Assembly: GCA_022072615.1 (NCBI GenBank)
Contig: JAJVHS010000001.1
Coordinates: forward strand, 47,713-111,712
From: Phycisphaerales bacterium
Lineage (GTDB): Bacteria; Planctomycetota; Phycisphaerae; Phycisphaerales; UBA1924
Direction of reading: 5' to 3'
DNA length: 64,000 nucleotides
A model generated the notes under the pieces. It was not told the origin of the DNA and searched no databases. It was given only the letters and a program-made list of their open reading frames with translations. How positions within the stretch are numbered: position 1 is the first letter of the stretch; the number at the start of each line of letters is the position of its first letter. The translations under genes and the position numbers were made by a program. Shown here in pieces: positions 17,836 to 26,420 of this stretch.

Positions 17836-20112
17836 TCACTTGCCGGGCCAGTCCTCGGGCATCCATGCGGGGAGCGCGACGATCTCGGCCCGCGCCGCGT
17901 CGGACGTCGGGACGCCCCACGCCTGGAAGAACGGCCCGAGGTTCCGCCCGCACGCCTTGCTGAAGCGGACCATCCACTGGTCGCGTTTCTGGTCGTCGGA
18001 CTGGGGCCGCTGGTCGCGCGGCAGGTCCCGGTATTCGGCGAAGACTTTCTTGAAGGTCTCCCAGCCGAACGCCTGCTGGAGCTGGATGTACATCGCAAGC
18101 GCGGTGAACGGCTCGGCTTTCCAGCGATCAAACGGAGCGCCCCGAGCAAGGTACTTGGCGACATCGTCCTGCCGTTCTGCGAGCCAGCGCTTTGAATCAG
18201 TCTTGCCGCCCTCGCAGAGCGTGTCGTGGATGTACAGGCAGAAGAGGTTGCACGTGACCTCGCCGGTGCCGTCGAAGGTCCACTCGCCCTTCTGATGGTT
18301 GTGCCCGAGCTCGTGGTACAGGCCCCAGTTGCCGCTCTTGAGCTCGGCGAGGCTGGGCAGCCACGCGCCGGCATCCAGGTGCGTCATGATCGGGTATCCC
18401 GAGTGCATGTACCCCGCGCTGATCTGCACATCGGCGACGTACCGCTCGGGCCTGCGACGCTCACGCGGGATGGTCGCAAGATCGGCCGCGGCGTCGAGCA
18501 CCTTGTCCCAGAACTCGCAGACGGGCGTCGGGTCTTCCAGGTCGCGGATCCGCTCGGATGGCACGGTGACGATCACCTTGGAGGTTGCCAGTTCCGCCCA
18601 TGGGCTCGGCGCGTGGCGGATGGTCTCCTTCCACGCCGCCGGGTCGGTCTTGCCGAGCACGAACAGCGGCGCTTCCACCGCGCCCTCGATGGTCACCGAG
18701 ATCGTTCCGAGCTTGCAGCCTCGGGGGACATCGAGGTACACCAGTCCGCCGAACGGCGATGCGATCGACGTCGATGCCGACGTGATCGCGAACGCCCGCC
18801 AGATCTGCGGCACGCGCTTCCACACGCCGTGGTGCCACAGCTCGTCGGTGTGGCAGCCGATTCGAACGGAAAGACCGGCGCCGGCGGCGCTGCCGGGCAC
18901 CGACACTCGGACGACGTCGCCGGCACGGGCATGCAGCCCGAGGCTGTGCCACTCAGGTACGGATGTATCGATCTCCACCGTTCGCGACACCCATGGGGCG
19001 TCCGCCGCAACCTCGCCGGGGAACGATGCCGCGGCCGGGTGCGCCTTGATTGACTCCGGCGGCAGCAGCCGCAGTTGATCGACCTGGTAGGCCAGCAGGA
19101 AGCGGTCGAGCGAATGGTCGTTCTCGGTCAGGGGATGGGATTCGTTCGGCGCGAGCTGGTCGGACCGCGTGGCGAGCAGCGCCTGGATCTTCGGGCGGAA
19201 CTGGCGATCGTCCTCGGGCAGGACTCGCAGGGCCTTCATCGCGGCGTCACTGGCCGCGGCTCGGCTCTTCCTGTCGACCGCACTCAGCGTGTTCTCCTCC
19301 GCCGACCCCAGGACGGCATTGAGGGCGGTGCCGCCGTGCGCGTACAGGCCGGGCACCGCGGTCGCGTCGAATCCATGGTCGGCGGTGGTGCCCGCGAAGC
19401 CATCGGTGAACGCCAGACCCGCCGGGGCCACCGCGTCGTTGATGGTGAACTCGAGCATGCTCTTGCCGCCCGCCAGCTGCTGCCAGCCCCACCCGCACTG
19501 CGCGGTGATGAACCCGCCGCCCCCGGCGATGAACTTCTGAACGGTGGACACGTCTTTTTCTGCGAGGCCGCCCGCGAGAATCAGCACGTCGATCGAACCG
19601 AGGCCGCCGGGCCAATCCTGAGCAAGCTCGACTGCGTCGATTCCGGCGGCGTTGAGCGCCGCGAGCACGCCCGGAGCGTTCACGGTGCCGACCTTGAACG
19701 CGCCCCGCTCCGGCCCCGCGGCCCAGTGAGCGGCGTTGGTGAGCAGGCGGGCCGTCTCGCCCACACCGAGCGAACCCTTGTCGAAGTACCCCGAGTGCGC
19801 GAGCAGCACGACCCGCCCGTCTCCGCACTCCGCCGCAGCGACAACCGGCACCTGCCGCCCGCCATCGTCACCGACGACGATCACGTGCGATCGCTCGCCC
19901 CAGCACGCGATCGCACCCGGCGACCCGGGCGCGGCGATGGTGCGGACGCCCTCGGTCAGTGCCGTGCGGGCATCCGCGTGAGTGGATTGGTGCTGGACCG
20001 CGGGACCGGGTTGAGGGCCGCCGGTGGAAGCCTGCCGGGCGCCGGCGGGGGTACACGTCAGCAGCGAGAGCACCAGGGCCGGGGCGAAGAGCGAAGAGAG
20101 TCGTCGATGCAT
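17836..20112 (-). CDS. secreted M60-like (enhancin-type) zinc metallopeptidase
   Basis: LYHELGHNHQKGEWTF zincin motif in an M60-like context (SGYPIMTHLDAG upstream). Signal peptide MHRRLSSLFAPALVLSLLTCTPAGA. Start at ATG 20112. Confidence 0.75.
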   Translation of the reverse strand: MHRRLSSLFAPALVLSLLTCTPAGARQASTGGPQPGPAVQHQSTHADARTALTEGVRTIAAPGSPGAIACWGERSHVIVVGDDGGRQVPVVAAAECGDGRVVLLAHSGYFDKGSLGVGETARLLTNAAHWAAGPERGAFKVGTVNAPGVLAALNAAGIDAVELAQDWPGGLGSIDVLILAGGLAEKDVSTVQKFIAGGGGFITAQCGWGWQQLAGGKSMLEFTINDAVAPAGLAFTDGFAGTTADHGFDATAVPGLYAHGGTALNAVLGSAEENTLSAVDRKSRAAASDAAMKALRVLPEDDRQFRPKIQALLATRSDQLAPNESHPLTENDHSLDRFLLAYQVDQLRLLPPESIKAHPAAASFPGEVAADAPWVSRTVEIDTSVPEWHSLGLHARAGDVVRVSVPGSAAGAGLSVRIGCHTDELWHHGVWKRVPQIWRAFAITSASTSIASPFGGLVYLDVPRGCKLGTISVTIEGAVEAPLFVLGKTDPAAWKETIRHAPSPWAELATSKVIVTVPSERIRDLEDPTPVCEFWDKVLDAAADLATIPRERRRPERYVADVQISAGYMHSGYPIMTHLDAGAWLPSLAELKSGNWGLYHELGHNHQKGEWTFDGTGEVTCNLFCLYIHDTLCEGGKTDSKRWLAERQDDVAKYLARGAPFDRWKAEPFTALAMYIQLQQAFGWETFKKVFAEYRDLPRDQRPQSDDQKRDQWMVRFSKACGRNLGPFFQAWGVPTSDAARAEIVALPAWMPEDWPGK

Positions 20113-20326
20113 GCGGACAGCGTATCGAGGATGAGGGCATGCCGGCGCGGCCACCGGTGACTCGACCGAGGGAAGTGTCCGACGAGCCGGGTTGCGACGC
20201 CGTTAGACCGCCGGCGCGGCACGATCGCGAGCGGATCTGAAGCAGTTTTCAGCTACCATCCTGTATACTCACGGCGGCGTGCGTTCGCGTGAACAAGAGG
20301 TACTGGACCGATACGCGGAGACGGCG

Positions 20327-20527
20327 ATGAGCAGCAGCACCCCAAGGCGAAGGAGCGTTTGTCCGCGGATGCTCGCCGCGCTGGCGGTGACGCTGGGGGC
20401 GGTCGCGGGCCCGCTCCAGGGATGCGCGGATGACGGAGCGACCGGGCCCGCCTATGAGCAGCGGGATGTGAAGCCGGTGACGCTCGACGAGAAGAGAGGG
20501 ACGTCGACGTACCGGGTGTGGAAGTGA
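20327..20527 (+). CDS. small hypothetical lipoprotein
   Basis: ATG 20327 lies 7 nt after GGAG. Possible lipobox LQGC in MLAALAVTLGAVAGPLQGC. No recognisable homology. Confidence 0.35.
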   Translation: MSSSTPRRRSVCPRMLAALAVTLGAVAGPLQGCADDGATGPAYEQRDVKPVTLDEKRGTSTYRVWK

Positions 20528-20739
20528 CGGGGCGGATCACGGGATCACGAGGTCGGGTGGATACAGGCGGGATACCCGTTTCGCGAGGTGGCACCGCTGA
20601 GGCGCGTCGGGACGGAGCGCCGACCCACCCGAAGCGGGCGAACAGCGCCGCCCGCGGTGCGTAGAATAATGCCTGCCCGCGTCACCCCCGCGGGCGCCAA
20701 GAACAACGCACGGGCCAGGGGGGCTTGGCCGAAGAAGGG

Positions 20740-20830
20740 CATCGGGCGTCGGGCACTGGGCATCGGAGGAAACCGGCGGAACGCCGGGCGTTCCTGCTGA
20801 TGCCTGATGCCCGATGCCGGTTGCCTCTGG
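20740..20830. repeat. inverted pair of heptanucleotide arrays flanking a GC hairpin
   Basis: Minus-sense units cccgatg/cccgacg/cccagtg/tccgatg at 20740-20767. Central palindrome ggaacgcc/ggcgttcc. Plus-sense units gctgatg/cctgatg/cccgatg/ccggttg/cctctgg at 20796-20830. Confidence 0.7.
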
Positions 20831-20840
20831 AGAGACTCTC

Positions 20841-21971
20841 ATGAAGTGGACCAAGCAGGACCTGCTCAAGAACCCGATCCAGCACATCGACGTCACGAAG
20901 TTCGACGCCCGGCCGATCATCGATTCGTACCGGCAGATGGCGTATTCGAGCCGGACGCTCGCCAACGCGGCGGACATCTTCTCGATGATGCTCGCCGACA
21001 AGGGCTGCGCGGTGATCGTGACCCTCGCCGGGTCGCTGGTCTCGGCGGGCCTGAAGAAGACCCTGATCACGCTGGTCGAGAACAACATGATCGACGCCAT
21101 CGTCTCGACGGGCGCGAACATCGTGGACCAGGACTTCTTCGAGGGCCTGGGATTCAAGCACTACATCGCGCCGGGGTCGCCGGAGGCGCCGCCGGTCGAC
21201 GACATGACCCTGCGCAACATGATGATTGACCGCATCTACGACACCTACATCGACGAGGACGACCTGCGGGCCTGCGACGACGTGACCCGCGAGATCTTCG
21301 ACACCTTCGAGCCCGGCGCGTACTCGTCGCGGCAGTTCATCGACGTGATGGGCGAGTACCTTGCCAGGAATCACGCGCGGAACGAGTCGCTGGTGAAGTC
21401 CTGCCACCTCAAGCGCGTGCCGATCTTCTGCCCGGCGTTCTCCGATTGCTCGGCGGGCTTCGGGATCGTCATGCACCAGGTGGAGGCGATGGAGGAAGGC
21501 CGTCCCTTCGTCGCGTTCGATTCGGGCGCGGACTTCCGCGAGCTGACCGAGATCAAGTTCCAGTCGCAGGACACCGGCCTCATGATGCTCGGCGGCGGCG
21601 TGCCCAAGAACTTCGCCCAGGACATCGTGGTGGCCGCGGAGCTGCTGGTCGAGCGGCGCGGCGGCAAGGCCCGCGGCGACGTCTCGATGCACAAGTACGC
21701 GATCCAGATGACCGTCGCCGACTCGCGCGACGGCGCGCTGTCGGGGTCCACGCTCCGCGAGGCGTGCTCGTGGGGCAAGGTCGACGTCGTGCACGAGCAG
21801 ATGGTGTACGGCGAGCTCTCGGCGCTGCTGCCGCTGCTGGCCAGCGACGCCTACCACCGCAAGGCATGGAAGGGCCGCAAGGGCTTCAAGTTCGCCGACA
21901 TGTTCGAGAAGGGCGAAGGCGTGCCGAGCTTCAAGGCCGCGACCGGCAAGAGGAAGGCCGGCGCGAGGTAA
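20841..21971 (+). CDS. deoxyhypusine synthase family protein (possibly homospermidine synthase-like)
   Basis: ATG 20841 is preceded by GGAGAG. FDARPIIDSYRQMAYSSR...VIVTLAGSLVSAGLKKTLITLVENNMIDAIVSTGANIVDQDFFEGLG is typical of the DHS fold. Confidence 0.88.
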   Translation: MKWTKQDLLKNPIQHIDVTKFDARPIIDSYRQMAYSSRTLANAADIFSMMLADKGCAVIVTLAGSLVSAGLKKTLITLVENNMIDAIVSTGANIVDQDFFEGLGFKHYIAPGSPEAPPVDDMTLRNMMIDRIYDTYIDEDDLRACDDVTREIFDTFEPGAYSSRQFIDVMGEYLARNHARNESLVKSCHLKRVPIFCPAFSDCSAGFGIVMHQVEAMEEGRPFVAFDSGADFRELTEIKFQSQDTGLMMLGGGVPKNFAQDIVVAAELLVERRGGKARGDVSMHKYAIQMTVADSRDGALSGSTLREACSWGKVDVVHEQMVYGELSALLPLLASDAYHRKAWKGRKGFKFADMFEKGEGVPSFKAATGKRKAGAR

Positions 21972-22005
21972 CTCCCCGCGCCCGATCATCAATCGATGCT
22001 CGCAG

Positions 22006-22032
22006 AACCCCGGCGATGAGCCGGGGTTTTTC
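22006..22032 (+). terminator. rho-independent terminator after the DHS-like gene
   Basis: aaccccgg-cgatgag-ccggggtt followed by tttt. Confidence 0.65.
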
Positions 22033-22073
22033 GTTTGGACCGACGGTCTTGCGCGGGTATCGCTGAATGTCGG

Positions 22074-23420
22074 CTAACACCGAGCAACGCGGCTCACGAA
22101 CTCGATGGCCCGGGCCACTTCCTCGGGCGTGTTGTAGTGCAGCAGGCTGATCCTCACCACGCCGTCCTCGGGGTCCCGCCCGGGCAGGAGATGCTCGACG
22201 AGCCGGTGCGAGTAGAAGTGCCCGTATCGCAGGCCCAGGCCTTCGCGGTTGGCTCGCTCGGCGATCGTTCGCGAAGACAGGCCGTCGACCGTGAAGCTCA
22301 CCGTCGGCACGCGTGACTCGCGTGTGTCGAACGGGCCAACGACCCGCACCCCGCCAATCTCGCGCAGCCCGTGGATCAACTGCTCCTGCAGCGGCGCTTC
22401 GAGGCGGGCCATCTGTATACACGCCCGTTCGATCGTCGATCGATCAACCAGCGGCTGGTCCGAGCCGCACGCGGCGCTGCCCGCGAGGAACCGCAGGTAC
22501 GGCTGCACGCCGAGCATCGCGGCGCACAGCTCTCTCGGCACGCCGCCGAGCTCGAACTTCTTGGGCCACGAATCCTTCTCGATGAAGAAATGATTCGGCC
22601 CGGTGACCTCGGCCATCGACTCCGGCGTCCCGACCAGCACAGCCGCGTGCGGCCCGTACACCTTGTACGTGCTCCAGGAATACCAGTCGGCGCCAAAGGC
22701 GCTGACTTCCACCGGCCGGTGCGGCGCGAAGGCCACGCCGTCAACGACCACGCGTCCGCCCGCGGCGTGCACGCGGTCGGCGATCGCTCGGACATCCACG
22801 ATTGATCCGAGGATGTTCGAGACGTGCGGAAAGACGACCAGCCGCGTGCGGGCGCTCAGCAGCGGTTCGATCGACCTCGCGTACCCGTCGCCGGCCACCG
22901 GCAGGTCGTTCCAGGGAGTGATCTCCCAGCCGAACCGAGCCAGCCGCAGCCACGGGCCGACGTTGCTCTCGTGCCCATGGGGCGAGACGATGATCTGCCG
23001 CCGGCCGTTCGACGGCTCGGCGTCGAGGTACGCGTCGGCGAGCATGCGCACGAGCAGGGAATCCGACGCACCGAGGATGACGTTGTCCGGGCCGCTCGCG
23101 TTCGCCCAGCGGCCCATGAGCGCGTGCGCGTCGCCGACGACGGCCGCCGCCTCGACCGACTCTGGGTACTCGCCGCCGAGCTGCGCGCAGGACTGGTGGT
23201 AATACCGCTCGACCGCCTCGGCGACGCCGCGCGGCACCTGCGACCCGCCCGCGTTGTCCAGGAACACGGTGGTGGACGCGAGCGAAGGAAATTGGGCTCG
23301 GATGTCCTGAATATTCGGCACGGACGAGCGTAGGTGGCGGCCAAATCCGAGTGTTTTCCGCGTGAGTGAATGGCGTGATCGCCCGTTCCTGCACGAGTCA
23401 CCCTGGGTATGGGTCACCAA
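22074..23420 (-). CDS. class V aminotransferase-fold PLP enzyme (cysteine desulfurase/SufS-like family)
   Basis: IRAQFPSL...VFLDNAGGSQVP...YYHQSCAQLGG...SWSTYKVYGPH pattern of fold-type I class V enzymes. There is no early in-frame ATG; start candidates are TTG 23420, GTG 23417 and GTG 23321. Confidence 0.78.
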   Translation of the reverse strand: MVTHTQGDSCRNGRSRHSLTRKTLGFGRHLRSSVPNIQDIRAQFPSLASTTVFLDNAGGSQVPRGVAEAVERYYHQSCAQLGGEYPESVEAAAVVGDAHALMGRWANASGPDNVILGASDSLLVRMLADAYLDAEPSNGRRQIIVSPHGHESNVGPWLRLARFGWEITPWNDLPVAGDGYARSIEPLLSARTRLVVFPHVSNILGSIVDVRAIADRVHAAGGRVVVDGVAFAPHRPVEVSAFGADWYSWSTYKVYGPHAAVLVGTPESMAEVTGPNHFFIEKDSWPKKFELGGVPRELCAAMLGVQPYLRFLAGSAACGSDQPLVDRSTIERACIQMARLEAPLQEQLIHGLREIGGVRVVGPFDTRESRVPTVSFTVDGLSSRTIAERANREGLGLRYGHFYSHRLVEHLLPGRDPEDGVVRISLLHYNTPEEVARAIEFVSRVARC

Positions 23421-23434
23421 GGAGGAATGTCGTC

Positions 23435-25267
23435 ATGCGCCAATCGCTCGTCGTATCCCTGCTCTTTATGGCGGCGTCCACGGTCGCCGGTGAATCGGCG
23501 TGGGCCCAGCACAAGTGGTACCAGGGCGGGAAGGACCGGGGATTCCAGAACAGCATCCCGGATTTCTACCAGCACCAGTATTACAAGGGCGACATGGCCG
23601 ACGCATACCAGACCTGGTACCCCGACAAGACGAACTACCCGAAGTGGGGCCAGCTCGGCGGTCTGTGCTACCAGGTCGCCCTGACCAACGCCGTCGCCTC
23701 GTGGGAGCCCTACGGGTACAAGGGTGCGACGAACGCGGACACGCTCACCGAGGACAAGTGGCGCGACGCCTACCGGTCGACCGTCGAGGACGTCACCAAA
23801 GCGGGCGGCGACATGCAGAAATACCTCGACGACCGCAAGGCCGCGAACGCGTGGAAGCGCCGCCTGCTGTACAACCAGTACACGATGGAATCCGACGGAG
23901 CCGGCGGGTACACCGGCACGGTCCTGACCCCCAGCGGCAAGAAGATCCAGCAGCCCAAGAAGATGGGCGGGGGCTTCGAGACGGTGAGCGTCTTTGACAC
24001 CTACAAGCGGATGATGCTCAACGAGGCGTCGGTGACGCTGCTGGTGGACCGCGACGACGCGAAGACGTACAGCGACACGCTGTGGTGGGGGAATTACCAC
24101 GCGGTGACGGGCGCGGGCTTCGACGGCAAGACGGGCGAGATCTACTTCGCGGATCCCGATTCCAACAAGGGCAACCGCTCCGCCAAGGCGGGGTACGAGA
24201 TCGGAAGCTCGGAGAGCGCTGACGCGGGCGACGGCGGGTGGGTGTTCGAAGAGACCAAGCGAGGCGAGGCGGATCCGCTCAAGCGCTTCAAGTTCGTCGA
24301 CCCGGTCTCTGGCGCCGAGGTGGCGGACGTCAAGGACGGCAAGAAGTTCACGCTGCTCGAGCTCGAGGACGACGGCATGGGCGGCGTGAAGATCGTCAAG
24401 AACGACTACGGCGGCGCGGGCGGGCCGCTGGTCAACATCGCCAAGGGCGCCGACGAGAACATCAACAAGCGCAAGTACGGGGCGGCGGACAAGGCGGTGC
24501 CGATCCCGGGCCGCCCGAAACAGGCGTCGGACCCGACGGACTTCAACAAGTACTACGGGGCGTTCAAGGTCGACAACTCCGCGGCCGACAAGGCGTTCAC
24601 GATCAAGGGCAGCGACGACTTCGACAGGAACATCACCGACAAGGGCCGCTACACCGACACGCGCATCATGGCGATGGACGTCATCCACCCGGCGGGGCTC
24701 AACGAGCTTGGAAAGGTGAAGGACGCGACGGGCGTGACGACGGACATCAAGCTCGCGTCGATCAGCACGCTTCCGGTGGACCGGATCCAACTCTGCTCGG
24801 TGAACACCGCGGCGCAGTACGACCCCTCGATCGACGGTCGCAGTTTCTTTGATTCCGACGGCGGGATGTGGACCGCGTCGTTCATGTGGCCCACCGACCC
24901 GGGCGTCACCGACGCGATGGGCAACTCGCTCTTCGGCCTGGGCGGCTGGGAGTTTACGCTGACGATGGGCGACGGGCTGGCGGGCTTCACCCGCGGCGAG
25001 GAGGACATCCAGACCGAGCTGGTGGCCAGCATCCGCACCGTGTCCGACCTGGTGCAGTTCGATCTGCTCATGCACTCGATGGAGATCACGGCGGTCGATG
25101 ACGACCTGGTGCCGTACACGATCGGTGATTTCTGGTCGATCCAGTCGTTCGGGTTCGGGGGCGTGGACCGCGGCCTGCAGTACGGCTTCCAGCCCGAGGT
25201 GCCCGCGCCGGGAACGGTGGGGCTGGCGCTGCTCGGCGTCGCAGCGATGGGCCGGCGGAGGCGGTGA
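23435..25267 (+). CDS. secreted protein with putative papain/C39-like Cys-His region and PEP-CTERM-like tail
   Basis: ATG 23435 is preceded by AAGGAGG. Signal peptide MRQSLVVSLLFMAASTVAGESAWA. GGLCYQVALTNA and NYHAVTGAGFDGKTGEIYFADPDS resemble Cys and His/Asp boxes. Tail VPAPGTVGLALLGVAAMGRRRR. Confidence 0.65.
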   Translation: MRQSLVVSLLFMAASTVAGESAWAQHKWYQGGKDRGFQNSIPDFYQHQYYKGDMADAYQTWYPDKTNYPKWGQLGGLCYQVALTNAVASWEPYGYKGATNADTLTEDKWRDAYRSTVEDVTKAGGDMQKYLDDRKAANAWKRRLLYNQYTMESDGAGGYTGTVLTPSGKKIQQPKKMGGGFETVSVFDTYKRMMLNEASVTLLVDRDDAKTYSDTLWWGNYHAVTGAGFDGKTGEIYFADPDSNKGNRSAKAGYEIGSSESADAGDGGWVFEETKRGEADPLKRFKFVDPVSGAEVADVKDGKKFTLLELEDDGMGGVKIVKNDYGGAGGPLVNIAKGADENINKRKYGAADKAVPIPGRPKQASDPTDFNKYYGAFKVDNSAADKAFTIKGSDDFDRNITDKGRYTDTRIMAMDVIHPAGLNELGKVKDATGVTTDIKLASISTLPVDRIQLCSVNTAAQYDPSIDGRSFFDSDGGMWTASFMWPTDPGVTDAMGNSLFGLGGWEFTLTMGDGLAGFTRGEEDIQTELVASIRTVSDLVQFDLLMHSMEITAVDDDLVPYTIGDFWSIQSFGFGGVDRGLQYGFQPEVPAPGTVGLALLGVAAMGRRRR

Positions 25268-25341
25268 AGAAGACCTGCCGCGGCTGAACACAGTCGGACG
25301 CGGCGACGGCGATCTGTGAACAGGCTGGAATCGTGGCGCTG

Positions 25342-25372
25342 GCCGGCGCGAGAGCGTCGGCCGGCATCTTTT
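25342..25372 (+). terminator. weak hairpin terminator candidate
   Basis: gccggc...gccggc 6-bp stem followed by atctttt, about 75 nt after the stop at 25267. Confidence 0.3.
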
Positions 25373-25419
25373 GCGTGACACAGGTTGACATGCCGCGACG
25401 CTCGCACCACCGCGCGACG

Positions 25420-25496
25420 CCTGATGCCGAATCCCCGATGCCCAGTGCCCAGTGCCCAGTGCCCAGTGCCCAGTGCCCAGTGCCCAGTGCCTTCTG
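25420..25496. repeat. heptanucleotide tandem repeat (CCCAGTG)7 with degenerate flanking units
   Basis: Seven perfect cccagtg units at 25441-25489. They are preceded by cctgatg/ccgaatc/cccgatg and followed by ccttctg. The array lies between the nusG stop (25499) and the convergent gene. Confidence 0.95.
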
Positions 25497-25498
25497 CT

Positions 25499-26131
25499 TT
25501 AGCCGCCCTCGGCCTTGCCGATCTGCCACTCTTCGAGCTCGATCGGGGCCTGGCGGCCGAAGATCGTCACGAGCACGCGGACCAGGCCCTTCTCGGGCAG
25601 CAGCTCGTCCACCGTGCCCTCGTAGCTCTGGAACGGGCCTTCCTTGATCTGGACGTGCTCGCCCTTCTGGAAGACGAGCTTGACCGAGGGCTGGTCCTCG
25701 GGCTTGCGGCTGTCCAGGAGCATCTTCTGGATCTCGTGGTCCTTCATGGGCGTCGGCCGCCCGGCGGTGCCGACGAAGTCGCCTACGCCCGTCGTCTCCT
25801 TGATGAGGAAGAAGACGTCCTGCGGGATGCGGCCGTCGTCCTCGAGCTTCATCTCGACGAAGACGTACCCGGGGTAGAGCTTGGTCTCGGTGATCTTCTG
25901 CTTGCCGGCCTTGACTGTCTTGGTCTTCTCGGTCGGCACCAGGATGCGGCCGACGAGGTGGACCATCTTCTCGATCTGGACCTTGCGGAGGAGCGTCTCC
26001 CGGACGCTCGACTCCTTGTTGGAGGCCACGCGCAGCACGAACCAGTTCATCCCCTCCTGGCGCAAGGGCTCGTCGGCGGTGAGCAGGTCGCCGCGTTCGT
26101 TGGGCCGTCCGTCGTACACGCTGCTGGTCAT
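25499..26131 (-). CDS. nusG: transcription termination/antitermination factor NusG
   Basis: NWFVLRVASNKESSVRETL...KLYPGYVFVEM (NGN domain) and a KOW region (FQKGEHVQIKEGPFQSYEGTV). ATG 26131 lies 8 nt after GGAG, giving a 27-aa N-terminal extension. Confidence 0.93.
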   Translation of the reverse strand: MTSSVYDGRPNERGDLLTADEPLRQEGMNWFVLRVASNKESSVRETLLRKVQIEKMVHLVGRILVPTEKTKTVKAGKQKITETKLYPGYVFVEMKLEDDGRIPQDVFFLIKETTGVGDFVGTAGRPTPMKDHEIQKMLLDSRKPEDQPSVKLVFQKGEHVQIKEGPFQSYEGTVDELLPEKGLVRVLVTIFGRQAPIELEEWQIGKAEGG

Positions 26132-26420
26132 GGCTGGTCTCCGTCACCCGGCCCCACGGGCCGGAAAAGGTCGATTGACGTCCTGTCGCGACCCTGTCGG
26201 CTCAAGGCCAAAGGGCGCGAGCATCTCACACGAGCGGCCGGGCCCTGCGGGCTCGGCACCAAACCTGCTGCTGAATCCCAGATTTTCCGCGAAGCCCGTC
26301 AGCACGGAAAAGAAGCCGTGGCTGGTCGGAACTCCGCGGTCGCCCCCCGACACATCCCCTGTCCCGCACCCGATCCCACGCGAACCCCAGCGGTCGACGT
26401 CGGGCACCGCCCGGCGGCGA

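Noticed and set aside
20682-21992. 436-aa minus-strand ORF (plus 20537-21157) opposite the deoxyhypusine-synthase-like gene
   Set aside because: The plus frame has strong family similarity, an SD and a terminator. The minus frames are typical shadow ORFs.
23414-25381. 655-aa minus-strand ORF opposite the 610-aa PEP-CTERM-like gene
   Set aside because: Extremely Arg/Val/Leu/His-rich and without motifs. The plus frame has an SD, a signal peptide and a sorting tail.
25420-25496. Heptamer array considered as a CRISPR array or as coding for a QCPVPSA peptide repeat (track ORF 25385-26434)
   Set aside because: The unit is only 7 nt with no spacers and no cas genes. The plus ORF runs antisense through nusG, so the peptide repeat is an artefact.
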